Virus record (IMG/VR): IMGVR_UViG_3300029535_000013
Length of the DNA stretch: 41,169 nt
Direction: 5' to 3' (one strand)
Origin: a virus
The position numbers and the translations under genes are program-made. Below the pieces are notes generated by a model. The model had not been told where the DNA came from. It ran no database searches and saw only the letters and a program-made list of their open reading frames with translations. Of this stretch, positions 8,553-16,168 are shown piece by piece; positions within the stretch are counted from its first letter, which is position 1, and each line of letters opens with the position of its first letter.

Positions 8553-8623
8553 GCGATACATTGACACAAAGGCAGCTTGTCGCTCACGAGAGACAGGAGG
8601 CGGTTCGATTCCGCCGTATCGCA
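8553..8623 (+). ncRNA. tRNA-like element with non-canonical anticodon arm
   Basis: Perfect 7-bp acceptor GCGATAC/GTATCGC and T arm GGCGG-TTCGATT-CCGCC. The central arm is a 6-bp stem CTTGTC/GACAGG closing a 10-nt loop GCTCACGAGA. No clear D stem. Confidence 0.35.
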
Positions 8624-8739
8624 CCGTATGGCGCATGGACTCATCCCCCACAAAGCTGCACGCTTAACCTCCCGTGCCACGAGAGAGCTTTGAATCCCTG
8701 AGGGTGTGGGTAGACTTCCCGATGGGATGTGCGTCAAAC

Positions 8740-8772
8740 AACAGCCCTGGCGGAGAACCAGGGCTGTTTTAT
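8740..8772 (+). terminator. intrinsic terminator
   Basis: 10-bp stem ACAGCCCTGG/CCAGGGCTGT, loop CGGAGAA, followed by TTTTAT. Confidence 0.75.
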
Positions 8773-8775
8773 ATG

Positions 8776-8845
8776 GCCGCCTGAGCGCAGTTTGGAGCGC
8801 GTGTCAGCTGAAATATTGCTGGCTGGTTCGAGTCCAAGGGCGGTT
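8776..8845 (+). ncRNA. degenerate tRNA-like element
   Basis: Acceptor GCCGCCT/GGGCGGT (two G-U pairs), D arm GCGC-AGTTTGGA-GCGC and T loop TTCGAGT. The T stem is only 3 bp. A 6-bp stem GTCAGC/GCTGGC closes a 9-nt loop TGAAATATT. A T-run follows. Confidence 0.25.
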
Positions 8846-8851
8846 TTTTAT

Positions 8852-8927
8852 ATTCCCGTAGCTCAAGTGATGGAGCAGCGGTCTCCAAAACCGCAGGCTG
8901 CAGGTTTAAGTCCTGCCGGGAATGCCA
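8852..8927 (+). tRNA. tRNA-Trp(CCA): tRNA-Trp (anticodon CCA), CCA encoded
   Basis: Hand-folded cloverleaf: acceptor ATTCCCG/CGGGAAT, D arm GCTC/GAGC, anticodon arm GCGGT-CTCCAAA-ACCGC, T arm GCAGG-TTTAAGT-CCTGC, discriminator G then CCA. Confidence 0.9.
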
Positions 8928-8989
8928 TTTGCGCACCCTAGAGGGGGCGGCGCAATAGCGGGGCATCTAGCCGCGAAAGTTCCAGATGC

Positions 8990-9015
8990 AGCGGTTCCGC
9001 CGACATGGAACCGCT
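8990..9015 (+). other. 9-bp hairpin (weak terminator or processing signal)
   Basis: AGCGGTTCC-GCCGACAT-GGAACCGCT followed by TGTTGTAT. Confidence 0.4.
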
Positions 9016-9023
9016 TGTTGTAT

Positions 9024-9159
9024 GCCGCCATAGCTCAATTGGAAGAGCGCCGCCCATTTAAGGCGGGACAACGTTGGTGACACCACGGGAACATCACTGC
9101 ACAGCCAACCACTGCGCACATCCATTCCGTGGGTGCTGGTTCAAATCCAGCTGGCGGCA
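9024..9159 (+). ncRNA. tRNA-Lys(UUU)-like element carrying a 68-nt insertion in the variable region
   Basis: Acceptor GCCGCCA/TGGCGGC, D arm GCTC-AATTGGAA-GAGC, anticodon arm CCGCC-CATTTAA-GGCGG (A at position 33) and T arm GCTGG-TTCAAAT-CCAGC. The 68 nt at 9067-9134 sit between the anticodon and T arms. Confidence 0.4.
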
Positions 9160-9173
9160 TATTCGATATTCTG

Positions 9174-9204
9174 ACCGTTCGGATTTCCGGGCGGTTTTTA
9201 TTTT
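9174..9204 (+). terminator. intrinsic terminator
   Basis: 9-bp stem ACCGTTCGG/CCGGGCGGT (two G-U pairs), loop ATTT, then TTTTTATTTT. Confidence 0.7.
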
Positions 9205-9222
9205 GCACGGGAGGAGAATAAC

Positions 9223-10437
9223 ATGATTCAGAAAGAGCTGCTGAAATTACCGGTCGAAGATCTTGTTCCGTATGAGAACAACCCACGTGTGATCTCCCCG
9301 GAAGCTGTGAACGCCTGCGCGGAAAGTATGCGGCAGTGTACCGCGCTTGACCCCATTGAGGTGGACGAGAACAACGTCATCCTCAGCGGACACACCCGCC
9401 GTCTTGCTCTGATGCAGCTCCATGTGAACACTGCTGATGTGGTACGTTACACCGGCCTGACCGAAGAACAGAAGCAGAAATACCGTATCCTCGCAAACAA
9501 GACCGGTGAAATGTCTGGGTGGGATTTCGGAAAACTTGAACAGGAACTGGCAGAAGTGGACTTTGGCGACTTTGACTTTGATTTCGACCTTCCTGCTGGT
9601 GACAGCAAAGAAACGCAGGTTACTGAGGATGAGGTTCCAGAAGCTGACGAAGCCGCACCTCCAAAGGCAAAGCTGGGTGATATCTGGAAGTGCGGCAGGC
9701 ATCGCGTTATGTGCGGGGACAGCACTAATGCAGAAAGTGTCAAAACTCTTATAGGGGGGGCGCAGGCTGATATGTTGCTTACAGATCCACCGTATAACGT
9801 GAACTATGGAGCAGTTCGAGATGTAAGCGAGGCAGTAAAAAGGCACAAAAGAACGGATGGCCTGCTCATACAGAATGACAACATGGGCGATGAGGAATTT
9901 AGAAAGTTCTTGACCAGCGCTTTCAGAAACGCTGATGCTGTAATGAGGCCAGGCGCTGTTTTCTACATTTGGCACGCAGATGGGGAAGGATACAACTTCC
10001 GAGGTGCATGTAGAGACGTTGGATGGACTGTAAGGCAATGTTTGATTTGGAACAAAAACACGTTATGCATTGGTCGGCAGGATTACCAGTGGAAGCACGA
10101 GCCTTGCTTATATGGATGGAAAGACGGCGCAGGACATCTATGGACAAGCGACAGAAAACAGACAACCGTTCTTGATTTTGACAGACCGGTTAAGAGTGAG
10201 CTGCACCCAACGATGAAACCGGTTGCGCTTTTTGACTATCAAATCAAAAACAACACAGAAAGCGGGAATATTGTCCTTGACCTGTTTGGTGGAAGCGGGA
10301 CAACGTTGATCGCCTGCGAGCAGAACGGAAGAACAGCTTATCTCATGGAGTATGATCCGAAGTACGTTGATGTCATTGTGAAGCGATGGGAAGACCTCAC
10401 GGGAGAAAAGGCCGTTCTTGTAAAAGAGGTGAGCTAA
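9223..10437 (+). CDS. ParB-like nuclease domain fused to DNA methyltransferase (N6-A/N4-C, DPPY motif)
   Basis: The N-terminus LVPYENNPRVISPEAV...LSGHTRRLA is ParB-like. Catalytic motif LLTDPPYNVNY and SAM-binding motif LDLFGGSGTT. GGAGGAG RBS. Confidence 0.85.
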   Translation: MIQKELLKLPVEDLVPYENNPRVISPEAVNACAESMRQCTALDPIEVDENNVILSGHTRRLALMQLHVNTADVVRYTGLTEEQKQKYRILANKTGEMSGWDFGKLEQELAEVDFGDFDFDFDLPAGDSKETQVTEDEVPEADEAAPPKAKLGDIWKCGRHRVMCGDSTNAESVKTLIGGAQADMLLTDPPYNVNYGAVRDVSEAVKRHKRTDGLLIQNDNMGDEEFRKFLTSAFRNADAVMRPGAVFYIWHADGEGYNFRGACRDVGWTVRQCLIWNKNTLCIGRQDYQWKHEPCLYGWKDGAGHLWTSDRKQTTVLDFDRPVKSELHPTMKPVALFDYQIKNNTESGNIVLDLFGGSGTTLIACEQNGRTAYLMEYDPKYVDVIVKRWEDLTGEKAVLVKEVS

Positions 10438-10438
10438 G

Positions 10439-10978
10439 ATTGGCCGAAAAGGTAAATTCGAGCAGTGGTTAGAACCGGAAGGGCTAACGCTGCTTCGCGG
10501 TTGGGCGAGGGATGGCCTCAAAGACAAGCAGATTGCCGAAAATATAGGCTGCTCAGTATCGACTCTCTGCGAATGGAAAAACAAATTTCCAGAATTTTCG
10601 GAAGCTTTAAAAAAAGGCCGAGAAGTTGCGGACTATATTGTTGAGAATGAGCTGTTCGAGAGCTGCAAGACCCGCACCGTGACCGTAAAAAAGCCCATCA
10701 AACTGAAAAAGGTCATGGTGGATGGAAAAAAGCGGCTTGAAGAAGAACGCATCGAGTATGCAGAGGAACAGGTCGTCGTTCCAGCCAACGTGACGGCTCA
10801 GATATTCTGGTTGAAAAACCGGCGGCCTGAAAAGTGGGCAGGTGTGCCGGAAGAAACGAGGGCAGAGGAGCATGACGACGATGGCCTGCTTGAGGCTCTG
10901 AGCGCCGCCGCAGACCTCAGCCCGCCGGATGACGTGGAGATGCTGCCAAAGGAAGAGGACGACCATGCGGAAAAGTAA
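10439..10978 (+). CDS. terS: terminase small subunit, apparent ATT start
   Basis: The frame is open from 10433 and encodes IGRKGKFEQWLEPEGLTLLRGWARDGLKDKQIAENIGCSVSTLCEWKNKFPEFSEALKKGREV...AQIFWLKNRRPEKW. There is no ATG, GTG or TTG in frame before 10679. GAGGTGA lies 6 nt upstream of ATT 10439. Confidence 0.75.
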   Translation: MGRKGKFEQWLEPEGLTLLRGWARDGLKDKQIAENIGCSVSTLCEWKNKFPEFSEALKKGREVADYIVENELFESCKTRTVTVKKPIKLKKVMVDGKKRLEEERIEYAEEQVVVPANVTAQIFWLKNRRPEKWAGVPEETRAEEHDDDGLLEALSAAADLSPPDDVEMLPKEEDDHAEK

Positions 10979-12215
10979 CGGTTTTCGTTGGAAAGCCCTC
11001 AGCCAGCGGCAAAAGATGGTTCTTTGCTGGTGGACACCGCAGAGCGCATACAGCGGCTACAACGGAATCATTGCCGATGGCGCTATCCGCTCGGGCAAGA
11101 CCTTTGCCATGAGCTTTTCTTTTGTCCAGTGGGCTATGACCTGCTACAGCGGGCAGCAGTTCGCCATGTGTGGCAAGACAATTGCCAGCTTCAGGCGCAA
11201 CGTGCTGGGGACGCTCAAGCAGCAGCTTGCAGCCCGTGGTTACAACGTCAAGGAGCACCGGGCAGAAAACTGCATGACCGTCAGCAAGGGCGGCAAAGCC
11301 AACGAATTTTACTTTTTTGGCGGCAAGGACGAGAGCAGTCAGGACCTGATCCAGGGCATCACCCTTGCCGGGGCATTCTTCGACGAGGTGGCCCTGATGC
11401 CGCAGAGCTTCGTCAATCAGGCCACCGCCCGTTGCTCTGTCACCGGGTCAAAATTCTGGTTCAACTGCAACCCTGGCAGCCCGCAGCACTGGTTCTATCT
11501 GGAATGGGTGCGGAAATGCCGCTCCCGCAAGATGATGTATCTCCATTTCACGATGGACGATAACCTGTCACTTGCCGAGGACATCAAAGAGCGCTACCGC
11601 AGCCAGTACAGCGGCGTTTTCTATCAGCGCTACATTCTGGGCCTGTGGACCGTGGCGGAGGGCCTTGTCTACGATATGTTTGACCGACAAAAGCATATCA
11701 TCGACAAGCTGCCGGAGCTGTCACCCAAGGGCGCGTATGTGGCGTGTGATTTCGGCACGCAAAACGCAACGGTTTTCTTGCTGTTCCAGATGCGGTCGGA
11801 CACCGGCACATGGATAGCGACCCGCGAGTATTACTACAGCGGGCGCGAGCAGAAACGCCAGAAGACCGTGGGCGAGTATGTTGCAGACCTAAAGCAATGG
11901 TTAAACGGCACAAAGCCAGAAAAGGTCATTGTTGACCCGTCTGCACTGCCGCTTATCACGGAGCTAAAGCAAAACGGGATCCCGATTCAGGCGGCAAACA
12001 ACGACGTTCTGAGCGGCATTCTGGACGTTCAGACGATGCTCCAAACCGGAAGATTAAAAATATACAGAGAGTGTAAACGCACCATACAGGAGTTTGGCGT
12101 TTACGCATGGGACCCGGACAGAGAAGATGTGGTCATCAAGGAAAACGACCACTGTATGGACTCTATCCGGTATTTTGTACGCACGAAGCGCCTTGTCAAG
12201 CGGGCCGGAGGATAA
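10965..12215 (+). CDS. terL: terminase large subunit (PBSX/Terminase_3-like)
   Basis: Walker A motif ADGAIRSGKT, also FFDEVALMP and the nuclease-domain motif NDHCMDSIRY. Overlaps the end of terS. Confidence 0.9.
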   Translation: MRKSNGFRWKALSQRQKMVLCWWTPQSAYSGYNGIIADGAIRSGKTFAMSFSFVQWAMTCYSGQQFAMCGKTIASFRRNVLGTLKQQLAARGYNVKEHRAENCMTVSKGGKANEFYFFGGKDESSQDLIQGITLAGAFFDEVALMPQSFVNQATARCSVTGSKFWFNCNPGSPQHWFYLEWVRKCRSRKMMYLHFTMDDNLSLAEDIKERYRSQYSGVFYQRYILGLWTVAEGLVYDMFDRQKHIIDKLPELSPKGAYVACDFGTQNATVFLLFQMRSDTGTWIATREYYYSGREQKRQKTVGEYVADLKQWLNGTKPEKVIVDPSALPLITELKQNGIPIQAANNDVLSGILDVQTMLQTGRLKIYRECKRTIQEFGVYAWDPDREDVVIKENDHCMDSIRYFVRTKRLVKRAGG

Positions 12216-12218
12216 AAA

Positions 12219-13613
12219 GTGGCTACATTTACGTTTCAGACATTCCAGCAGGCCCAGCAGGAAGGGCGGCTCACAGATTTTCTGTGGGATTTCATCCAGC
12301 AGCACAAATCTTCCCCGCAGGTGGCGGGCAGGACTGGCGCGCTGGCTGCTGATTTATACGACCGGCAGAAAAACCCGGGCGCAGAGCAGTTCGCCGCAGC
12401 CTATGCAGGGATGCTCAAGCGGGCGACAAACAACACCCGGGACATCATGAGGCCGGATATGGTCAAAAGCAACCTGTTCCGGCGGCTCAACAAGCAGCGC
12501 GCGGCGTACTCGCTGGGCAACGGCGTCACATTTGCCGATGGCACCGACAAGCTAAAGCTGGGCGCGACCTTCGACGAGCGGGTTTTTAAGGCTGGATATT
12601 TTGCCCTCATCCACGGCGAAAGCTTTGGATTTTGGAATTACGACCACCTGGACGTGTTTAAGCTGACCGAGCTTGCCCCGCTCTATGACGAGAACACCGG
12701 CACACTGCGGGCGGCTGCACGGTACTGGCAGCTCAACCCGGACACGGCAACAAAAGTGGTGCTGTACGAAGAAGACGGATACACCGAGTACAAGTCTCAG
12801 GCGCGTGGCGCATACCCGCTGCAAGAAGCTGTGGCAAAGCGTGGATACCTCAAGACCACGATTACAACCAACGTGGGCGGCGAAGAGTCTGTCACAGAGG
12901 ACAATTACGGCGCCCTGCCCATTGTACCGCTTTGGGGCTCAGACCTGCACCAGAGTACGCTTGTTGGGCTTAAAGCCTACATTGACAACACAGACCTTGT
13001 CATGTCCGGCTTTTGTAACGATTTGCAGGACTGTGCGCAGATCTATTGGCTGTGCGAAAACTTTGGAGGCATGACGCAGGACGAGCTGCAAGGCTTTTTG
13101 CAGCAGCTCAACCTCTACCACGTCGCCAACGCCGACACCAGCGATGGCGGAAAGGTGCAGCCTTACACTACCGAAATCCCCGTCACGGCTCGGAGTACGT
13201 TGCTTGACCTGCTGCACAGCCGGTCTTATGAGGACTTCGGCGGGCTGGATGTGCATTGCGTGAGCGCGGACAGCACCAACGACCATCTGGACGCGGCCTA
13301 TGAGCCGCTGAATCACAACGCGGATGATTTCGAGGCACAACTCACGCCCTTTATTCAGCAGATTTGCAAGCTGGCTGGGTTGGGCGACGTGTCCCCGATT
13401 TTTACCCGCAGCAAGATCACCAACACAGCCGAGCAGGTCGGCATGGTCATTTCCGAGGCCGCCATCATCGGGCAGGACATGGCCATTGACCTGCTGCCCA
13501 ACCTGACCCCGGAACAAAAGGAGCAGGCCAAGGCCGCGCTGATGGCTGAGAGCGCAACACGGGAGACCATTAACGACAACAAAGAAAAGGAGGACGACAA
13601 TGATAATTACTGA
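12219..13613 (+). CDS. portal protein (SPP1 gp6-like)
   Basis: 464 aa, immediately after terL, acidic C-terminus, GTG start. Confidence 0.8.
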   Translation: MATFTFQTFQQAQQEGRLTDFLWDFIQQHKSSPQVAGRTGALAADLYDRQKNPGAEQFAAAYAGMLKRATNNTRDIMRPDMVKSNLFRRLNKQRAAYSLGNGVTFADGTDKLKLGATFDERVFKAGYFALIHGESFGFWNYDHLDVFKLTELAPLYDENTGTLRAAARYWQLNPDTATKVVLYEEDGYTEYKSQARGAYPLQEAVAKRGYLKTTITTNVGGEESVTEDNYGALPIVPLWGSDLHQSTLVGLKAYIDNTDLVMSGFCNDLQDCAQIYWLCENFGGMTQDELQGFLQQLNLYHVANADTSDGGKVQPYTTEIPVTARSTLLDLLHSRSYEDFGGLDVHCVSADSTNDHLDAAYEPLNHNADDFEAQLTPFIQQICKLAGLGDVSPIFTRSKITNTAEQVGMVISEAAIIGQDMAIDLLPNLTPEQKEQAKAALMAESATRETINDNKEKEDDNDNY

Positions 13614-13689
13614 AAACGGGGAGAGAGTAATCTGGTTGATAATTGTTTTTGCAATTTCCTTTGTAATCGGTTATTGGGGAACAAACTAA
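13600..13689 (+). CDS. 29-aa hydrophobic micro-ORF
   Basis: AAGGAGG lies 7 nt upstream of ATG 13600. Product is MIITENGERVIWLIIVFAISFVIGYWGTN. Its stop abuts the next ATG at 13690. Confidence 0.4.
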   Translation: MIITENGERVIWLIIVFAISFVIGYWGTN

Positions 13690-14727
13690 ATGGACTTATC
13701 CGACCGTGACCGCATTTCTACCCGCCAGCTGAACCGCCTGCGCCGCCGTATCCTGCGGGTGTACGGCACTGCCCGCCGGGAGATGACCAAGCAGTTGACT
13801 GAGTTTTTAGCCAAGTACAAAGCGCTGGACGAGCGCAAGCGGGCGCAGCTGGACGCAGGCGAGATCACCGAGGAGGACTATCGCATCTGGTTACAAAATC
13901 AGGTCTTTCAGTCCGATTTGATGCGCCAGAAGCTGGACGGCATCACCCAGACCTGCACCACAGCCCAGCAGACGGCCTACAAACTGGCCCGGGACGAGCA
14001 ATACAACATCTTTTCATTTGGCGCAAACTGGGCCTTCTACGAGCTGGAACAGGCCGCAGGCGTGACGTTTGGGCTGACCCTGTACAACACCGAGGCGGTC
14101 AAGCGGCTGCTGAAGGAAAACCCAAAGCTTGTGCCCAACAAGCGCATCAAGAGCGAGAGCAACCGCACCTATGATGCCCGGGTGTTCAACCGATACGTCA
14201 TGCAGGGCATCGTGCAGGGCAAGAGCGTCCACGACATCGCCGTGCAGGCCGTCAACGGCATGGCTGATACAGAGATCCACTGGGCCATGAACAACGCCAT
14301 CACAGCCCTTACCAGCGCCCAAAACGCCGGGGCATTGCAGCAGATGCACAACGCCCAGGCTTTGGGCATCGAGGTCAAAAAGCGGTGGAACTCCACCCAC
14401 GACTACCGTACCCGTGAGATGCACCGCCTGCTTGACCAGCAGACGGCAGAGCTTGACGAGCCGTTTAAGGTCATGGGCTACAAGATTCAGCGGCCCGGCG
14501 ACCCAAACGCGGCCCCGGAGATGGTCTACCACTGCCGCTGTGTGCTGTCCTCTGCACTGGGCAAGTATCCCCGGCAGAACGCTATGCAGCGGGACAACGT
14601 GACAAAAGAGGTCACCCCCGTCATGGATTACACCGAGTGGTACAAAGCTAAAGGCGGCACGGAAGCTGAACAAATGTGGTGGGCGGAAGAGAGAAAACAG
14701 AGAAAGGAGAGCGCAAAGCATGGATGA
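13690..14727 (+). CDS. head morphogenesis protein (Mu F / SPP1 gp7-like)
   Basis: The conserved motif PEMVYHCRCVL is typical of the Phage_Mu_F domain. It follows the portal gene. Confidence 0.8.
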   Translation: MDLSDRDRISTRQLNRLRRRILRVYGTARREMTKQLTEFLAKYKALDERKRAQLDAGEITEEDYRIWLQNQVFQSDLMRQKLDGITQTCTTAQQTAYKLARDEQYNIFSFGANWAFYELEQAAGVTFGLTLYNTEAVKRLLKENPKLVPNKRIKSESNRTYDARVFNRYVMQGIVQGKSVHDIAVQAVNGMADTEIHWAMNNAITALTSAQNAGALQQMHNAQALGIEVKKRWNSTHDYRTREMHRLLDQQTAELDEPFKVMGYKIQRPGDPNAAPEMVYHCRCVLSSALGKYPRQNAMQRDNVTKEVTPVMDYTEWYKAKGGTEAEQMWWAEERKQRKESAKHG

Positions 14728-14953
14728 GAAGAAGCCTTGCAAATTTTGCGAGAGGCTTGCGTGGTGGAAGAAAAATTCCCCCAAAGGGGAAAACGACCTT
14801 TACACCACGTTTCAAGTCAGTCTTATCACAAAAACGCACAGGAAAGGCGCAGGCGTGTGCGGTACGTTAACGCATCGTGCCGGACAGCTGAATTTCTGCC
14901 CTGAGTGCGGTCGCATCTTAAAGAAAAAGCGAGAACCGAGGGACAAGCCGTGA
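14720..14953 (+). CDS. hypothetical zinc-ribbon protein
   Basis: CKFCE...CPECG motifs. AAAGGAGAG RBS. Confidence 0.5.
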   Translation: MDEKKPCKFCERLAWWKKNSPKGENDLYTTFQVSLITKTHRKGAGVCGTLTHRAGQLNFCPECGRILKKKREPRDKP

Positions 14954-15402
14954 ACTTTAACTACGACATCAAATTCACCGACAACACCCCGCAGCTGCAT
15001 GAAGCTCTGGATTCATGGGCGGAGCGGGTGCTGACCATCTGGGGCATGAAAGTGCAGGACTACGCCCAGCTGCTTGTGCCCACAGGCACGGCGGACAGCA
15101 CTGGCATTGAGGGCTACGTGGGCGGCGCGCTCAAGCAGAGCCTGACCTACGCCGTAGACCTTGCAAAAAAGACCGTGACCATCGGCAGCAACCTGTTTTA
15201 CAGCGTGTATGTTGAGCTGGGCACGGGCATCTTTGCCGAGAAAGGCAACGGACGCAAAACGCCGTGGGTCTGGAAAGACTTCAACGGCAAGTGGCACTTT
15301 ACCCGGGGCATGAAAGCCCGCCAGTTCCTCCGCCCGGCGGTGGAGGATCACATTGACGAACTGCGGCAGATCGCCGTGGAGGAAGCAGAGAAGGGAGAAT
15401 AA
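14950..15402 (+). CDS. HK97 gp10-family protein
   Basis: GTGA overlap start. LLVPTGTADSTG...YSVYVELGTG...RQFLRPAVEDH matches the gp10 pattern. Confidence 0.65.
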   Translation: MNFNYDIKFTDNTPQLHEALDSWAERVLTIWGMKVQDYAQLLVPTGTADSTGIEGYVGGALKQSLTYAVDLAKKTVTIGSNLFYSVYVELGTGIFAEKGNGRKTPWVWKDFNGKWHFTRGMKARQFLRPAVEDHIDELRQIAVEEAEKGE

Positions 15403-15403
15403 C

Positions 15404-15742
15404 ATGACAGAAAAAGAGAGACTTGAAGATTTGCTCACAATGCATTGTTTTCTCAAAGAAAGAGGGCTCTCTATTGCAGAACAGGCAGAAAAAGATATTG
15501 AGGAAACCAAAAAGAAGCTCTTAACAATCGAGAGCTGCGGAGAAAAAGAAGTGCTGAGGAAAAAGTTTTTAGAGGAAGGAAAAGAAGCCACTAAAAACTT
15601 GCAAGCCCTTTGCGATTTGGTTTATGGCGAGGGTAGAGCAAAGGTTGAGATAACGGTATCGGTTGACGCGGATAAGCCGATATTCAGCAAAGAAGAGGTA
15701 GCTGTTATCAAAAAATGCTTGGATTTTCGCAAAGGAGAATAA
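15404..15742 (+). CDS. hypothetical protein (AT-rich insertion)
   Basis: 112 aa, K/E-rich, visibly lower GC than its neighbours. Confidence 0.55.
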   Translation: MTEKERLEDLLTMHCFLKERGLSIAEQAEKDIEETKKKLLTIESCGEKEVLRKKFLEEGKEATKNLQALCDLVYGEGRAKVEITVSVDADKPIFSKEEVAVIKKCLDFRKGE

Positions 15743-15744
15743 AT

Positions 15745-16122
15745 ATGAAAAAAATTTTTGCAGCAATCACGCTTTTGGCTGTGTTGCTTCTGTGCGGCTG
15801 CTCTGAGGCTGCCAAGGCGAACGCCAACATCTCAAAGCAGGCAGACTATTTCGAGAGCGAGCGCAAGATCACCGTCTACAACGCCCGCACGGATAAGGTC
15901 ATCATGGAAGCCGAGGGCTATATGTCCATTTCCAACAACTCGGACAACGAGCTGGTCTGCACTGTAAAAATCGGCCCGGACACCTACCGCAAGAATTACA
16001 TCTACCTGAACGACTACACCATGTATGTGGTGGAGGACATCACCGGCACCCATACAGACCCCTACCACTACAAGCTCTATTTCCACACCGACATCCTGCC
16101 CAGTGTGGAAACAAGGCCGTAA
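15745..16122 (+). CDS. putative lipoprotein
   Basis: MKKIFAAITLLAVLLLCGCSEA looks like a signal peptide with a lipobox-like LCGC. AAAGGAGAA RBS. Confidence 0.65.
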   Translation: MKKIFAAITLLAVLLLCGCSEAAKANANISKQADYFESERKITVYNARTDKVIMEAEGYMSISNNSDNELVCTVKIGPDTYRKNYIYLNDYTMYVVEDITGTHTDPYHYKLYFHTDILPSVETRP

Positions 16123-16134
16123 AATTTAATACTC

Positions 16135-16166
16135 AGCGGTTGGCGCACAGCGTCAGCCGCTTTTTT
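16135..16166 (+). terminator. intrinsic terminator
   Basis: 12-bp stem AGCGGTTGGCGC/GCGTCAGCCGCT, loop ACA, then TTTTTT. Confidence 0.8.
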
Positions 16167-16168
16167 AT

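Noticed and set aside
8553-8623. tmRNA-like identity for the acceptor-plus-T-arm element
   Set aside because: The acceptor strands are only about 70 nt apart. There is no tag reading frame and no pseudoknot region.
8377-8667. 96-aa plus-strand ORF covering the start of the RNA region
   Set aside because: It runs through a tRNA-like element and hairpins, has no RBS, and its sequence is low-complexity. The region is better explained as non-coding RNA.
9035-9286. 83-aa minus-strand ORF over the tRNA-Lys-like element
   Set aside because: It overlaps the tRNA-like structure, a terminator and the start of the methylase gene. There are no translation signals.
10679-10978. 99-aa ORF as a stand-alone gene
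   Set aside because: The same frame is open and clearly TerS-like for 80 codons upstream, so this ORF is the C-terminal part of the 10439-10978 terS gene.
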